Below are positions 12,502 through 26,799 of a stretch of DNA of 64,000 bases, piece by piece. The position numbers were made by a program, and so were the translations under genes. The DNA is taken from NCBI RefSeq assembly GCF_009914755.1, contig NC_060944.1; one strand, written 5' to 3'. The DNA comes from the human T2T-CHM13v2.0 reference genome, Homo sapiens. The notes beneath the pieces were generated by a model, which saw nothing but the letters and a program-made list of their open reading frames with translations, ran no database searches and was not told where the DNA came from. How positions within the stretch are numbered: the first letter of the stretch is position 1; each line of letters begins with the position of its first letter.

Positions 12502-13356
12502 CCTCTGTCTAGTTGTTCTATCTATTACTGAAAGTGGCATATTGAAGTCTCCAGCTATTATTGTTGAACTGTTTATTTCTTCCTTTAATTAAATCAGTTA
12601 TCGCTTTCTGTTCTTGGTCTGTGTTATTTGGTGCATTTTTAAAAATAATTGCTATGTTTTCCTGATGGTTGACACTTTTATCTTTATAAAATGTCCTCAT
12701 TTGTCTCTGGCAGCATTATTTATGTTGAAGTCTATTTTGTATGATATTAGTATAGGCCCCTTAGTTGTCTTTTGGCACTGTTTGCATGGCTAATCATTTT
12801 CATTCTTTTATTTTCAAACTACTTGTTTATTTGAATTTAAAGTTTATCTTTTAAAGATGGTTGATTATGTTTTTTTAATTACTGATAGTTTTGATCTTAG
12901 CATTTTAGTTAGAATATTTAATCATTTATGTTTAATATAATTACTGATAAGGGAGAACTTATATCTGACATTATATTGTTTTCTACATATCTTATGTCCT
13001 TTGTATTTATCTATTTCTGCCTTCTTTTGCATTAAATAGATATTTTGTAGATTACTGTTTTAATTTTCTTGTTGCTTTTTTTAAACTATAATTTGAGTTA
13101 GTTTCTTAATTGTTTCCTGGGGATTGCAATTAACATCTAATTGTATAATAATATAGTTAGATTAATACCAACTTCATTTCAATAATGTATATAAAAACAT
13201 TGCTCCTATATACTTCCATTTCCTACTTGCCTACTTCGTGCTATCATTATCATAGAAACTACATCTTTATACATTATAAGCCCATTAGTACAGTTTTATG
13301 ATTATTGCTTTATGTAGTTGTATTTAAAATCAAATAGAACAAAGTATTAAAACTAA

Positions 13357-13683
<327 letters not shown>

Positions 13684-13709
13684 CAGTGTTCTTTTTTGTG
13701 TCAATTCTT

Positions 13710-14010
13710 TTTTTTTTTTTTTTTTTTTTTTGAGATGGAGTCTCCCTCTGTCACCAAAGCTGGAGTGCAGTGGCGTGATCTCAGCTCACTGCAACCTCCG
13801 CCTCCTGGGTTCAAGCAATTCTCTGCCTCAGTCCCCTGAGTAGCTGGGATTACAGACACCTACCACCACGCCTGGCTAATTTTTGTATTTTTAGTAGAGA
13901 TGGGGTTTCACCATCTTGGCCAGGCTGATCTTGAACTCCTGACCTCGTGATCCACCCACCTCGGTCTCCCAAAGTGCTGGGATCACAGGCGTGAGCCACT
14001 GCACCTGGCC
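13710..14010 (-). mobile_element. AluS (Sg-like)
   Basis: Full reverse Alu. TSD ttgtgtcaattctt (13696-13709) / ttgtatcaattctt (14011-14024). Confidence 0.93.
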
Positions 14011-16300
14011 TTGTATCAATTCTTATAAGAAAAATTTTCTAGCAACAAACTCTCTCAGTTTTTAAAATAAATCTGGGTATGTCTTAATTTCTTATTATTT
14101 TTTGGAGGATAGTTTTCCTCTTTATAGAATGCTTTGTTGACAGCTTTTTGTTTGCTTGCTTTTTCCTTCGAGCACTTTGAAAGTGTCCTCTCACCACCTT
14201 CTTGCCGCTATGGTGTCTATTGTGAAATCAGTTGGTAATTTGACTTAGAATGTCCTATACACAATGAGTTACTTCTAGTTTTCTTCTTTCAAGATTCTCT
14301 GTCTTTGGCTTTGGAAAATTTGATTATGATATGTTTTGATGTAAATATCTTTGAGTTCATCCTACTTGGAATTCATTGTGCTTCTTGGACATGTAGATTC
14401 ATGTATTTTTATAAGATTTGAGAAGGTTTTGGTCATTATTTTTTCAAATATTCTTTCTGCCCCTGTTGTTTTGTTCTCTATCTCCACAACTCCCACTATC
14501 TGTGTGTTGGTGTGCTGGATTAGTTCTACAGTTCTCTGAGGCTCTGTTCCTTTTTCTTTATTATTTTTTCTTTCTATTCCTTGGTCTGTATAATCTGAAT
14601 TTTTCTATCTTCAAGGTCACTAATTATTTTTCTGCCATCTCCAATTTGCCTTTGAAACTCTTTAGGGAATTTTTCATTTCAGTTAGTGTGATTTTCACCT
14701 CCAGAATTTCTATTAGGTTCTTAAAAAAAATCACTTGTATCTCTTTATCAATATTCTTTTCTGGGAAGATACGGTTCTTATCCTTTACTTCTTTAGACAA
14801 AGCTTCCTTAAGTTCTTTGAACATATTTAAAATAGGTTACATAAGGCCTTTTTTTAAATAGCAAATCTGATGTCTGAGGTTTTTGGGGAACAGTTTCCAT
14901 TGACTGATTTTTTTATTCTTGTATATGGGCCGTATTTTCTTGTTCTTTGCATGTCTAATTTTTTGTTATTGAAAATTAGACATTTTAAATAATATAATCC
15001 AATAACTTGGAAATCATATCCTTCTTCTCCTAGGTTTGTAGTTATTTTTAATTGTTGTTGTTTCTGTTTGCCTAGTGACTTTCCTGAAGTAATTCTGTAA
15101 AGTCTGTATTCCTTGTCTTCTGTGGCCTCTGAAGCCTCTGTTCAGTTAGTTTAGTGGTCAACTAATGATGAGACAGAAGTTTCTTTAAATGTCTTGTCAA
15201 TAAGTTCCACAGGCTTTGCTGAGTGAGTAAATGTGTTCATTGGGGCATGGTTTCAGCACTCTGGCAGGCAGTTTACAACACTGCCTTAGTCTTTACCTCC
15301 TGGTCACCTATCTTTGAAGTCAGCCAGAGATAAGAGCTTGGAGTCTAGGGATTTGTCCTGGGTACGTACCTAGTCCCACACATGCATATGGCCTCCTACA
15401 TTACCATGGATGTTTTGAAGTTTTTCAAAGTCTCCTATAGATATCTCCTTCCTCAGCGATTCCTTTTAAGTTTTTTGATCAGCTTTTTGTTTCCTCCATG
15501 TCACCACCTCAGGCAGCTAAGATAGTAAATAATTGCTACCAATTATTTTCAACAAATGTCGTGAGGAAAAGCTGTTCACAGGCAGAGAGCTCTGAGTTAG
15601 GTCAAATAAAGACAGGCACTGCAAGTTGGGGTTTCCTGAGAGCTGCCAGGGCAGTCACATAATGACATTTCTCAAGGGATAGGGCTTTGGGGAGCTGAAA
15701 ATTCATTTCATCCCCTCAGTGCCTGTTAGGCTGCTGTTTTTCACAGCTACCATGATTGGGAACCTGATGTTTTCAAGGCTACCACAGAGCTGGGGAGAGA
15801 GGCATGGGAAAAGATTGAGCAAAATACCACTGTTATTACCAAGATTCATCTGTTTATTTTGTTGTTGTTGTTTTTTCAGTAAACTCCTTTTGGATTACTA
15901 CAGTCCTTTGGTTAATTTGTAGAGTTTTGAAAAAGGTGATTGTGATAAATTTTGCCGGTGTTCACACTGCTGTTATTGAGAAGCAGACTTTTGGAAATCC
16001 TTACCTCACTATTCCCAGTGGCATCACTCCATTGACTCCATTTTGTTGTCAATAAAATGAAGAGTATCATACCTGAGTTACCTGCTCCAGTTGTTATGAA
16101 AGTCACATTTTAGAAGTGACAGAAGAAATTTTCATGATTTGAGAAAAAATCATCTAGCACATAAAACAATGGGGTTAAGGAAGCTTGGCTTCCTTTTCAC
16201 TAGGACTCGCTGGAGACACAGGGATGATTTGTGGGCCTTGTCCTTGTGTCTCAGAAGCAGAATGTGGGACAGATCTTTGAGGTACCCAACTGGCAAAAGT

Positions 16301-16343
16301 CTTCATAACTAGGAAGTCATAACTTCATACTACGAAGTCATAA
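16301..16343. repeat. ~22-bp tandem duplication
   Basis: cttcataactaggaagtcataa followed by cttcatactacgaagtcataa. Confidence 0.85.
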
Positions 16344-17485
16344 CCCAACCCCCAAGCCCTGGGTGTTAGAGAAAGAAGAGTAGCCCTATCAGTCATCATG
16401 CTGAGATTTTTTTTTTCCTTTAAAGATGGCTTGAAAGAAAATAAATTTCTGTAGAATGAGATGAATAGCAATAGTAATCTTACATATCCCCTTCCTCCAC
16501 TTTTTTTCTTGGAAGCTATTTCTCTTTCAGTTTTCTAATTAGTTTTCATTTCTTATGTAATTTTCATACATTGTAGAGAAAATTTCTTTTCAAAAAAAAA
16601 GGCCTGCATTAATCAAAATGTGTACTGTTACAGGTTTCCTGAAGAAAGAAATTCAAGGGAATACAATTTGTTATTTTCTCCCTAACTTTTTTGTGGCCCA
16701 TCTGTACACAATAGTGAAAAAAGAATGCTCAAGTTAGGGAAGTTTTGCCACCATAAAAAAAAATCCTTTAAATATTCTCTTTCCCACTGATCCCTGAGGG
16801 GGTTTTCATATCTGTTCTCTAGAAGCATGGCTGTGATCTTAGTGGACACCCTGCAGTGGACTCCAGTTGCTAAGATTTTTGGATTTGAAGTGTGGGTGGA
16901 GGGAGCTCCATGGCATCATTCAGATGAAAATGGAATCAGGGAACAGTTACCCCAAGATCTGTTCAGACCGTTGGAGAAGCCAGCCAGGGATTTTTAATTT
17001 GTCACCTCATTGTTTACAGGCCAGTGTTAAAATCATTTTAATTTTGAGAACCAGTGAGACTGTTCTAATTGTGTTATCAAAAGTGTGGAAAGACAAATCT
17101 TTTTTACGTTAAAGCATGGTCATACCAACTTTCTGAGATACCTGCCTACCATTTGAAACATGCCTGTTGGATCAATTGCCATGAGTGCTGCGAACTTCCT
17201 GCCACACGTGAGCCCTTAGGAAGAGGGGAGACTTTTCAGCAATGATCTGTCTTTATGTGAAGTTCCTTTTCCAGACTTCTTTCCTTTCACTTAGGTTCTT
17301 TATCAACAGCTCTTAAAATGCTAATGAGTCCTTAAGATGAGAGTGAACAGCTGCTTAAATATATCTATTTCTACAGGAAGTACCATGGCAAGTAAAAGAA
17401 CTGTATCAAAGCACATCAGGAGGAGGAATGAGAAGTGGCTTGGGGCCATGCAGAGCCCCACCAGTGGCTGATTATTCCCCTCCAC

Positions 17486-17529
17486 GGGGGAAGGGAGGGG
17501 GGAGGGGGGTGGGGAGAGGGGGTGTGGGG
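17486..17529 (+). other. Strong potential G-quadruplex
   Basis: Seven G-runs of 3-6 G with 1-3 nt loops. Confidence 0.75.
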
Positions 17530-18204
17530 AGGAGAGACGGGAGAGCATCTCATCTATACAGCATCTCAGCCACTGATGATGCTATTGAGGTCTGAGTGCC
17601 CATTTGCTTACATTAGTGAGAACTAACCAGTAATCTGGCCTTTTCCTAAGGATATGCTAAATCTAAATAATGTTTCCCTAAGATCTCACCTCACTTTCCA
17701 TAAGTTACGTTGGCTTCTTGACCTCATCACAAAATATATTGTAACTGAGTAACTGTCAAGACCATCTCAGTGAGAACTTCTAAGCAGATAAATTGGGAAG
17801 TAAATGATAGGAACGCCACTTTTTGATCCAGGGGTCAGCATCATCCATGACAATGCCACGTGGTCTAGTGGACTTCACTGTATCCTGTGCACATTGACCA
17901 CGCCAAGCCACCATTTCCCTCATGTGTTTTCCTGGACACAAAGGGATATGAATACACATATATAGGAAATGTCTGACTCTTTAGGGGACTCAGACTTAAA
18001 CACACACCTTCTGTGTCACTGTCAAATCACATTGATGTGAAGCCTCAGTAGGACCATCTCTATGTGATGTAGAGAATGTCATAAAATCAATGTATATCTT
18101 TTCTGTTATTTAAAGATAGTCCTAAAGAATATTCCCTTTGACTTTAAACCCCTTTGATTCTGAGAGTATTTAAAGTAGAGGTGTTTATGCACATTTATTT
18201 TTCC

Positions 18205-18560
18205 TTTGATTGATCAAACGTCTGTTAAGCATTTACTATGGATCACAACCTTTGTCAAATGCTGGAAATATCATGCTAGGGAGATGATCTCTACTTTATA
18301 TAAGTTCGTAATGTAACTCACAGAGCACATATGAAATGAGCTTCACCTAATGCAAAGTCGTGCTTCCATAAATGTAAGTGAAACATGCTATGAGAACTCA
18401 GGTAGGGATTCTTCTGACGTGGGTGAACCTGGTGATCAGGAAAGACCTTGTGAAGAATGAACTGAGAGGAAAAGGGTATCTCTCCAGACTGATGGAATGA
18501 TGTAAGTGAAGTCACAGAGTAGTGGACATGCACAGGGCTTTGGGACATGAAATATCCTTG
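18205..18560 (-). mobile_element. L2 3' fragment (degenerate)
   Basis: tgatcaaacgtctgttaagcatttactatg...aatgctggaaata, the typical reverse L2 3' end. Confidence 0.55.
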
Positions 18561-18848
18561 CTGTGTTTGCAGACATATAAAAATTACTATCAGTGACATG
18601 CTGGCCACCACATGGGTCTGAACCAAGCCTAACAAGATAAAAGAGGGAGAGAGCTGTTATTTCTATCACTCACAGATGAAAACAATATGCCCTGTGGAGG
18701 ACAGGCTCTGGGGTGCCCTCACTCATCATCACTGCCTCCCAATGTTCCTGTTTTTGTGAAGTTCTCAGACTCCTCCTCACATTTGAAAGAAACGTAGAAC
18801 TTCTTTGCCAGATCACGTGTGTCCTAACCCATGGTGTGGGAAAATATG

Positions 18849-19446
18849 GACTTCATTGTCCATATTAGCATTTTGGTCACAACCAGTCTCTGAGAATTTC
18901 CAACTTTCCCTTATCTTCCTCTATTATTCCGAGTCCTTCAAACTCTTCCAACCTCTGCCTGTTACCTAGTTCCAAAGTCACATCCATATTTTCAGGTATC
19001 TTTACAGCAATGTCCCACTCCTCATAACCAATTTTCTGTGCTACTCCATTCTTGCATTACTATAAAGAATTATGTGAAGCTGAGTAATCTGTAAAGGAAA
19101 GAGGTTTAATTGGCTCACAGTTCTGCAGGCTCTATAGGAAGCGTGGTGCCAGCATCTATCTGCTCAGCTTCTGGGGAAGCCTCAGGGAGCTTTTACTCAT
19201 GGCAGAAGGCAAAGTGGAAGCTGACGTGTCACATGGCAAAAGCAGGAGTAAGTGGCAGGGACAGGTGCCACACACTTAAATGACCAGATCTCCAGAGAAC
19301 TCATCCAGTCACTATCATGAAGACAGTGCCAAGCCATGAGGGATCCGCCCCCGTGACCTAATCACCTCCTACCAGGCCCCACCTCCAGCACTGGGGGTTA
19401 CAATTCAGCATGAGATTTGGGTAGGACAGATATTCAAGCCATCTCA
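18849..19446 (-). mobile_element. MSTB-like 5' LTR (19037-19446) plus ~190 bp of MST-int
   Basis: The reverse complement reads tgagatggcttgaat...cccaaatctcatgctgaattgtaa, then after the LTR end the internal start gaaaattgg...gctgtaaagatacctgaaaat. Confidence 0.9.
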
Positions 19447-19701
19447 GAGTCCATGTGGTGAGGAACTTCAGGTGGCCTGTAAGAGTGGAGAGCAGCTACC
19501 AGCCAACAGTCAGCAAGAACCTGAAGCCCCAGCTCTACAGCCAAGCCTCAGGTCAGAATGCAGCACCAGCCAGCATTGATATTAGCCTGTGTGCCTCTAA
19601 GCAAGGGAACCTAGCTGAAGTATGCCTGGACCTCAGACCCATAGAAACTAAGATAATCAATGTGCTTTTTAAATCTGTTAAATGTGTGGTAATTTGTTAC
19701 A
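19447..19701 (+). mobile_element. MLT1E-like LTR, 3' half only
   Basis: ccatgtggtgaggaact...gtggtaatttgttacacaacaataggaaactaatac. Confidence 0.8.
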
Positions 19702-20229
19702 CAACAATAGGAAACTAATACCTGGCCCTTTCCTCAATCCTCTGAGAATTTCTTTGCTAAGAAGACATTGAGTACTACCCACTTTTTCTCTCCCTTAGGT
19801 GTTGGTTTCAGGACAGTGTTCCTCCAGAGATTCTTTTCAAGTTTTGGTCTAAATGATAAAGTGAGGTGCTGTTTAAAATGGCTGTTAGAAAGTGTAACTC
19901 TTGGTGGATTTGTGGTGCAGGGATGTGATGCTTGGCGCCTGTGCAGGCAGTGCAAGTGCTCCCGGGCCTACAGTTTCAGCCAAGTTTCCACTCTCCACCC
20001 ACAGCACGCATGAAACCCAGGTCCTCAGCCTGGACCCTTTCTTGCCATCATTTTGATTTCTGGCACCATTGCAAGTGATGGAGAAGCAGTGTCTTGCTGA
20101 GGATTTGGCTTTGGATGGAAATTATCTGTGTTCACTACCATGTGAATCCTGACCTGAGTCCCCTCTCTGAGGCTGGGACTGCTGGACTTTCAGAACAAGC
20201 AGTGTGCAGGAACAGGCAATGAGCCTGCA

Positions 20230-20440
20230 GCCACATGGTCTGGGCCCTGGCCCTGCGTCCTGTTAGACACTGAATCTGTGTGTGTTGTTTAAGCTTTCTG
20301 AGCCATGGTCTCTTCATTTGTAAATTGGGACAGTGCTAATGATTATGAACAAAATAAATAATCAACCTGTGTCTGCATACCTTATAGGATGGTGCAGAAA
20401 TTCAAATACATGCAGAAGTGTTTTTGAAAACTACCAAGTG
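20230..20440 (+). mobile_element. MIR
   Basis: tctgagccatggtctcttcatttgtaaattggga core. Confidence 0.6.
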
Positions 20441-20995
20441 GCATCTAACCCTGTCTTTTCTTCCTGTAGGGTGTCAGCAGTTGAGACAAATGGTGCTTTT
20501 GTCAGAAATAAACCTAGAAATTGAAGCATGGGGGGAAACCATGCGCAGCGTTGTCGTTGGCTTCCTGGTGGTATAATGTAGCTGCAGAACCTTAAATTTT
20601 GATAACATGGTCAACCCAGTTTAGGGTCCAAATCAAGAGTGTCTTTATCACTGCTTGATCTTCCCAAGGAGGACGATGTTCTGACCTCAAACCATCGCAA
20701 GTGCCAGTGAATTAGCACTTACCATCAGAACAAGTCTCCAATTACTGCATTCACTGTGCCCCTTAGATTAAGAGTTAGGAGAGAGCTGATGCTCTTCAAT
20801 TCTTTCCTCTCTCACCTAATCTGTCCACTTCCAGAACAATTAGGAGGAGCTTCCTATCACCCCTCTTGGGTGGACTATTGGACATATAGCTCTTGGCATC
20901 TGGCCCTTCTCTGATTCTCTTCTTGACTTTTATTTGTTTTCTGTCTCTGTCCATGTTAAACTCACAAGATATTTTCCCACTTTGGCCCACTCTGG

Positions 20996-21155
20996 TGTGT
21001 GTGCATGTGTGGGTATGTGCCTGTGTATATGCCTGTGACTGTATGTGTGTGTGACTGTGTGTGCATGTGTGGGTATGTGCCTGTGTATATGCCTGTGACT
21101 GTATGTGTGTGTGACTGTGTGTGTATGTGACAGTGTGTGTATGTGAGTATGTGTA
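20996..21155. repeat. TG-rich minisatellite with a perfect 60-bp unit x2
   Basis: 21001-21060 and 21061-21120 are identical. Confidence 0.95.
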
Positions 21156-21421
21156 TATATGGTTCTAGTTCAAGCTTTCCACCCTCTGCTTCAGCCCTCT
21201 GGTTGTAGCATTCATTGAGTCAGGCACTGCTCCAAATGTCTTAAATGCAGTCACCTATTTAATTATCTATGGACAATTGTTATCAATGTCCTTATATGAC
21301 AGGGAAGGAAGATGAAGCAGAAAGCTTATTGAAGTGGTTGGGAGAATCATAATTAGTAAGTGGCAGGATCGGAGTTCAAACCTGGGGATGGAGTTGGGGC
21401 CCACACTCTGAAACACACCTT

Positions 21422-21607
21422 CAGTGCTTCTCAAACTTTGGCATCCATCAGAATCCCCTGGAGGATTTCCTGGGAAACAGATTGCTGGGCTGAATGCCTA
21501 GTACTTCCGATTTAGTAGGTCTGGGCAGGGGTTGCAGAAGTTGTGCTTCTCACAAGTCCTAGGCCATAGGATGCTGCTGGTCCAGCCGCCCACTTTGACA
21601 ACTGCTG
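21422..21607. mobile_element. MER5A (hAT-Charlie MITE)
   Basis: cagtgcttctcaaactt...catcagaatcccctggagg...cactttgacaactgctg. Confidence 0.85.
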
Positions 21608-22169
21608 TGCCATATATTATGCTCCTTGATTTGAATGATTTGGGAAAGACTCTCTTCCCAACCTGCTCGGGCCTGGACATATGCATGAATGGTGGTTAAA
21701 TCCTTCAGTATTTTTAGATTATTTTTCTGTGAACACGCGGACTGTTAGGAAAGGACCATGACTTCAGCCTGGGGTGAATCACGCACTCGAGGTGTGCCCA
21801 CTGACAGTCTTGGAAGTATTGACAGGAAGGTAGAAAGGAAGAGAGCTTGCATCAGGGAGGCTGCTGAGTAGAGAAGAGGAGGAGAGGGCATCACACTCAC
21901 CCACCTTGAGATTTGTCTGGTTCTGTTTCCACCCAGAGACACCCCTGCTTGTGTCAAAAGAGTGAATGCTCTTCCTGGCTTGGCTTTGCATTTCTCTGCC
22001 CTTAAATACATAAATGGAGTCAGTGCAGGTATGGAGACGTGCCAGTGAGTAGGCCTCTTCACGGATGCCTGGGCCACATGTGGATGTGCACCTGCGCTCC
22101 ACCAGCAAGAAAGGCACATGCCTCTGTGAGGGGTCTATATCTCCTAGAGCTTGAGAACCACGGGCTTCA

Positions 22170-22922
<753 letters not shown>

Positions 22923-23299
22923 GCGGGAGAAGAGGCAAGGAGGCTGAAAAACTGAGTGGGGCAGCATACTTTCTGATAAATAAAGGTCCTCACCAACAAT
23001 TTTCCATCCTGGTTTAAGAAACAAGAAGATATGACAATTTATCTACAGGAATATTGTAAAAATTTTAGGTCAAGATTAATTTTAACTTTCTCTACAACTT
23101 AAAACACTACATTTGGCCAGAGAAATTGTTTGATAAATTGTTTAAGTCAGATATGGTTAAATTACCCAAGTAATGGGTTCTTATAAGTCCAATAAAAGTT
23201 TGAAGTTAGCAAGTAAAAATAGAACTCAAAACTATATTAAACAGTCAGACTTACATGGAGACTATTTCATTTGAAATACTGTATCAAATAGATTGACTC

Positions 23300-23710
23300 A
23301 CAGGCCATTTTCTGTGCCGATATAACTGTATTTTCATGAATGGTCTGAACAATAAAGTTCATCTTGTAAAATTTTCAGATGAAAGCAATGTAGGCATGAC
23401 GGCTGATACTTGGGGGACTTGAGCGGGCTTTTACAATGCCCCAGCAAGGAGGCAGCATGGGCTTCAATCAAGAGCCAAGGCATCTAATGTGGCTTAGCAT
23501 GGACGGTTACCCCTGGGAGAGAACAATAAATCCTACAACTACATTTGGCAAGCAATGAGTCAGTTATACTCCAAGGAAAAGAAAGATCCGTGGGTCATAC
23601 CAGGAAATAAGCATGGCTGAGATCTGCCTCTGTGGAAGCTCCCAGGTGATGTCAACAGTGGATTTTAATTGGCAGACAAAGTCTTCTACCTCCCATTGCT
23701 TCTGGCCCAG
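23300..23710 (+). mobile_element. CR1/L3 relic (3' RT region)
   Basis: aaattttcagatgaaagcaatgtagg reads KFSDESNVG (CR1 KFADDTKLG), and aaagatccgtgggtcata resembles the EKDLGV motif. Confidence 0.5.
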
Positions 23711-23734
23711 GGGGCCTCACCCCTACTCTGCCTT

Positions 23735-24050
23735 CACTACAGATTGGGTTTCCCGGTGAGCAGACCCTCACATGGGGTTTAGCATGCAGACTGTTTATTA
23801 AGGATCCCCTGCAGTTCATGTGGAAGGGTCAGGAAGCTGGCTGGTCAGAGGGAAAGTGGAGCCCTGATATAGGCTGACCCCACAGGGTGCTCTGGAGTTG
23901 GAATGTGCCCTTTCAAGTTGTACAGAGTTGGGCCTAAGTGGCCAGGTCTTCATATTCCTGCATCAGTGAATCATTGGATCTGGCTCTGTGCAGGCCAGGC
24001 TGTCCCTGAAGGGGCTGACTCCCAGCACTGGGCAAACGCCGTCTCCTTCC
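23735..24050 (-). mobile_element. ERVL LTR16-like
   Basis: gggtttccc..gagcagaccct...tgtttatta...gaccccacagggtgctctggagttggaat. Confidence 0.65.
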
Positions 24051-24194
24051 ACTTTCAAAGCCAAACTGAGCTCTGTAGCAAATTCCTAAAGGTATTTATG
24101 TTTTCTCTGATATATTCATGAATAATATGAGTTGTGTGTGTTTCCCTAGGTCTCCTCTTCTTTTAGCTATGGCAAATACTGAGTTGTGATTTGT

Positions 24195-24320
24195 TTTTTA
24201 TATCTATTTCTCCTTCACTGAACTAAACTCTTTGTGGATCAAGGCTGTGTGTGTCACTGTGGATTCCATCCATCGGCACAGGCCTGACATAGCACAGTGT
24301 CTGCTCGGTACAATATTTAT
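24195..24320 (+). mobile_element. L2 3' end
   Basis: gcacaggcctgacatagcacagtgtctgctcggtacaatatttat. Confidence 0.55.
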
Positions 24321-25339
24321 TCCCAAATCTATTTCTTTGTCAATTCTTCCCTCCTGCAGGGCTGGGTGCAGCTGTAGGCCTGGGCATCACTGGAGCTCCA
24401 GTCTATGCATCACTGTAACTGACTGGAGAGGCAGGGAATGGATGTGCACGATGTACCTGCAGGGACAGGTGACTTAGCTCAGCTGTAAGAAAAGATGCCT
24501 GCTGAAATATTGATGACTTCTCACTGTGCATTCTTGCTTTGGAGAACATTTTATCAGTATGTGTGAAATGCCTGCATAGCAGGGAGGATGACTTGATTAA
24601 TAAGTCACATGAAGCCTAAACAATGAACGTCAGCAGGGCCTTTCTTCAGGTATAAATAAGATAAAGCACTTTGAGCCTTCTGGGCAAGAACATGCTCTTC
24701 GGCAGGCAGGACAGGTGATGACAGCCACTGAGGTAAAATATTCAGACAGGGTTTTCAGGGAAATTAATATCTCTTTCCAGAGTTAAGTAATTCCTGCGTG
24801 ATGGCTCTTCATCTCAGTCAAAGGGGTTCAGTACATATTTTGTATTTTTTCTCACAGATCGTGAGGTCAGGGAATATTCCAGCTCTTGGTGCCCCCTCGC
24901 ATACACATAAAGCAGGATGGACAGCAAGGCCCTCACATGCCTGGCCTGCTGCGTGCTCTGCCCCAGGGCCGCTTCCCTGCTTACTGTGCTGTTTCCTCTG
25001 ACGGGGTCAAAGGACATGAGCGTCCTGTGGCTAGCTTCTTCTACACTGACGTTGAGGTCTTGGATGCATGGCACAGAAAGCCCTGGCCAGAACCCATGCA
25101 CTGTGGGTCCCCACTGCTGCTGTCCTTTCTCCAGCCTTGGCTACACTGAAATGTCCAGAGTGATATCTGCAGGCATGGCATGACCCAAAACTCCTGCTGA
25201 GGCAAATACCTCTCCTTAGCTTCACTTCTAAATTGAATACACATGCAGATAAATACACATACGGATAGGCATTTCCATACTCAGAGTCAGACTTATAATT
25301 TGGTACAAGTTAATGATAAAGAAATACAGGTCCAAAAGC

Positions 25340-25790
25340 CATATATAATCTATTAATTCTACTTTTAGAAATCTATCCTATGTCTACCCTAAGGAAATGG
25401 AGATATGAAACATATTTATATATGAGGATGGTTACAGTAATGTTTACAATAGTAAAAATTCACATCAACAGTAAAACAGTTAAATCATGATATATCCGTA
25501 ATAGAAAACTTACTCGTCTGTTAAAACTATAATTTTAGAGAGCAGATTGTCATGAAAAATTGTTCAGGATAAAATAAGTAAATTAACAAGATAGCAATAT
25601 CTCAATTTTATAAATAGAACTCTATAGCAAAAAGATACTGATACGCATACACATGTGTATTATGTATATGCATGTCAGTGTCTTTGGTCAGTATGATTAC
25701 GGTGCTCTTTATTTTATTCTTTAAGCTTTTCTGTGTTTTCCAGAATTTCTACAGTGAGCATATATTACTCATAAACAGAATATACCAAAT
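25340..25790 (+). mobile_element. L1ME-like 3' end
   Basis: aattctacttttagaaatctatccta...cttttctgtgttttccagaatttctacagtgagcatatattac. Confidence 0.7.
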
Positions 25791-26799
25791 TGCAATAAAT
25801 AAATAAATTGAATATAAACCAAAGATTTCTTCATCAATCTGTTAGTTCTGCTTTTGTCTTCGTCTACCACCAAATGTGTGCATTTGCACACACAAACCTC
25901 TCACTTGCACACACCACAAGATGGGACTCACGATGTGGAGAGCCATATAGGAGCATGAGTGTCTCTGGGTTATGGGTTTCTGACCTACAGTGATAAGGCT
26001 AGGGAGAGGCCCCTGGACTTCCCTCACATTCTGCATCCAGGGAGGAGCAGGGTTTCTCAGGGGGCAACATTGCCCCATGTGTTTGCATGAGTGAGTGATG
26101 TATCCTTCCTGCCCACCTATCTGGGATTCCCAACCTGGCCTTCTCATGCCCTGGCTGCAAGGGACTGGATACATATACAAGAGGCACCCAGAGGTTCAAA
26201 AGTTGCTAACTTGTGGCCCATCCAATTATAGAAAGCACTCTGCTGTTTGGTGTCTATTAAACAGAGTTTCTATTAATGAAGTCTTCTCCTTAGCAACCAA
26301 GCAAGGATAATTGATGTTTAAATGATAACCCTGAGGACTGTGAAACTCTAAAGTTATCAGAGAAAAATTAATATTCCTATAATGTTTCTGCAACTTATTT
26401 TTATAGAACAGCACAAACAGCAGAGAATTAAGGTAAATGGAAAGAATTCTTAGCAAACAAAGATTATGTTGATTATTAGATTCGAGGTTTAGAGTTGAAG
26501 AATTGGACTTTGAAAGAATCTCATGTAATTTTATGTAAGGGAAAGTGACACCCATGGTTCACACAGTTAGAAAATACGGCCAAGGTTCAAGCTCCTGGCC
26601 TCGCACCCCTTCTTTACCAGTGATCTTGGAGTCTCCTCTGATTCATCCTGCATAGCAAACATTCAAGGTAGGCAAATTTGCCCTTGACAAAGGTTGGATC
26701 CTCTTTCTTGTTTATCATTATTTCTTCCCTTTCAGTGGTTGACCAACTGAGATGGAAATGTCAGTGAGTACACCCCCTTACTATGAGAGTATCAGGGCA

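Noticed and set aside
14624-14824. Coiled-coil-like ORF
   Set aside because: Decayed L1 ORF1 remnant, not a host gene.
17571-17598. cac-TGATGA...CTGA-gtg resembling C/D boxes with a terminal stem
   Set aside because: Only 12 nt between the boxes and a 3-bp stem, far too short for a snoRNA. Likely chance.
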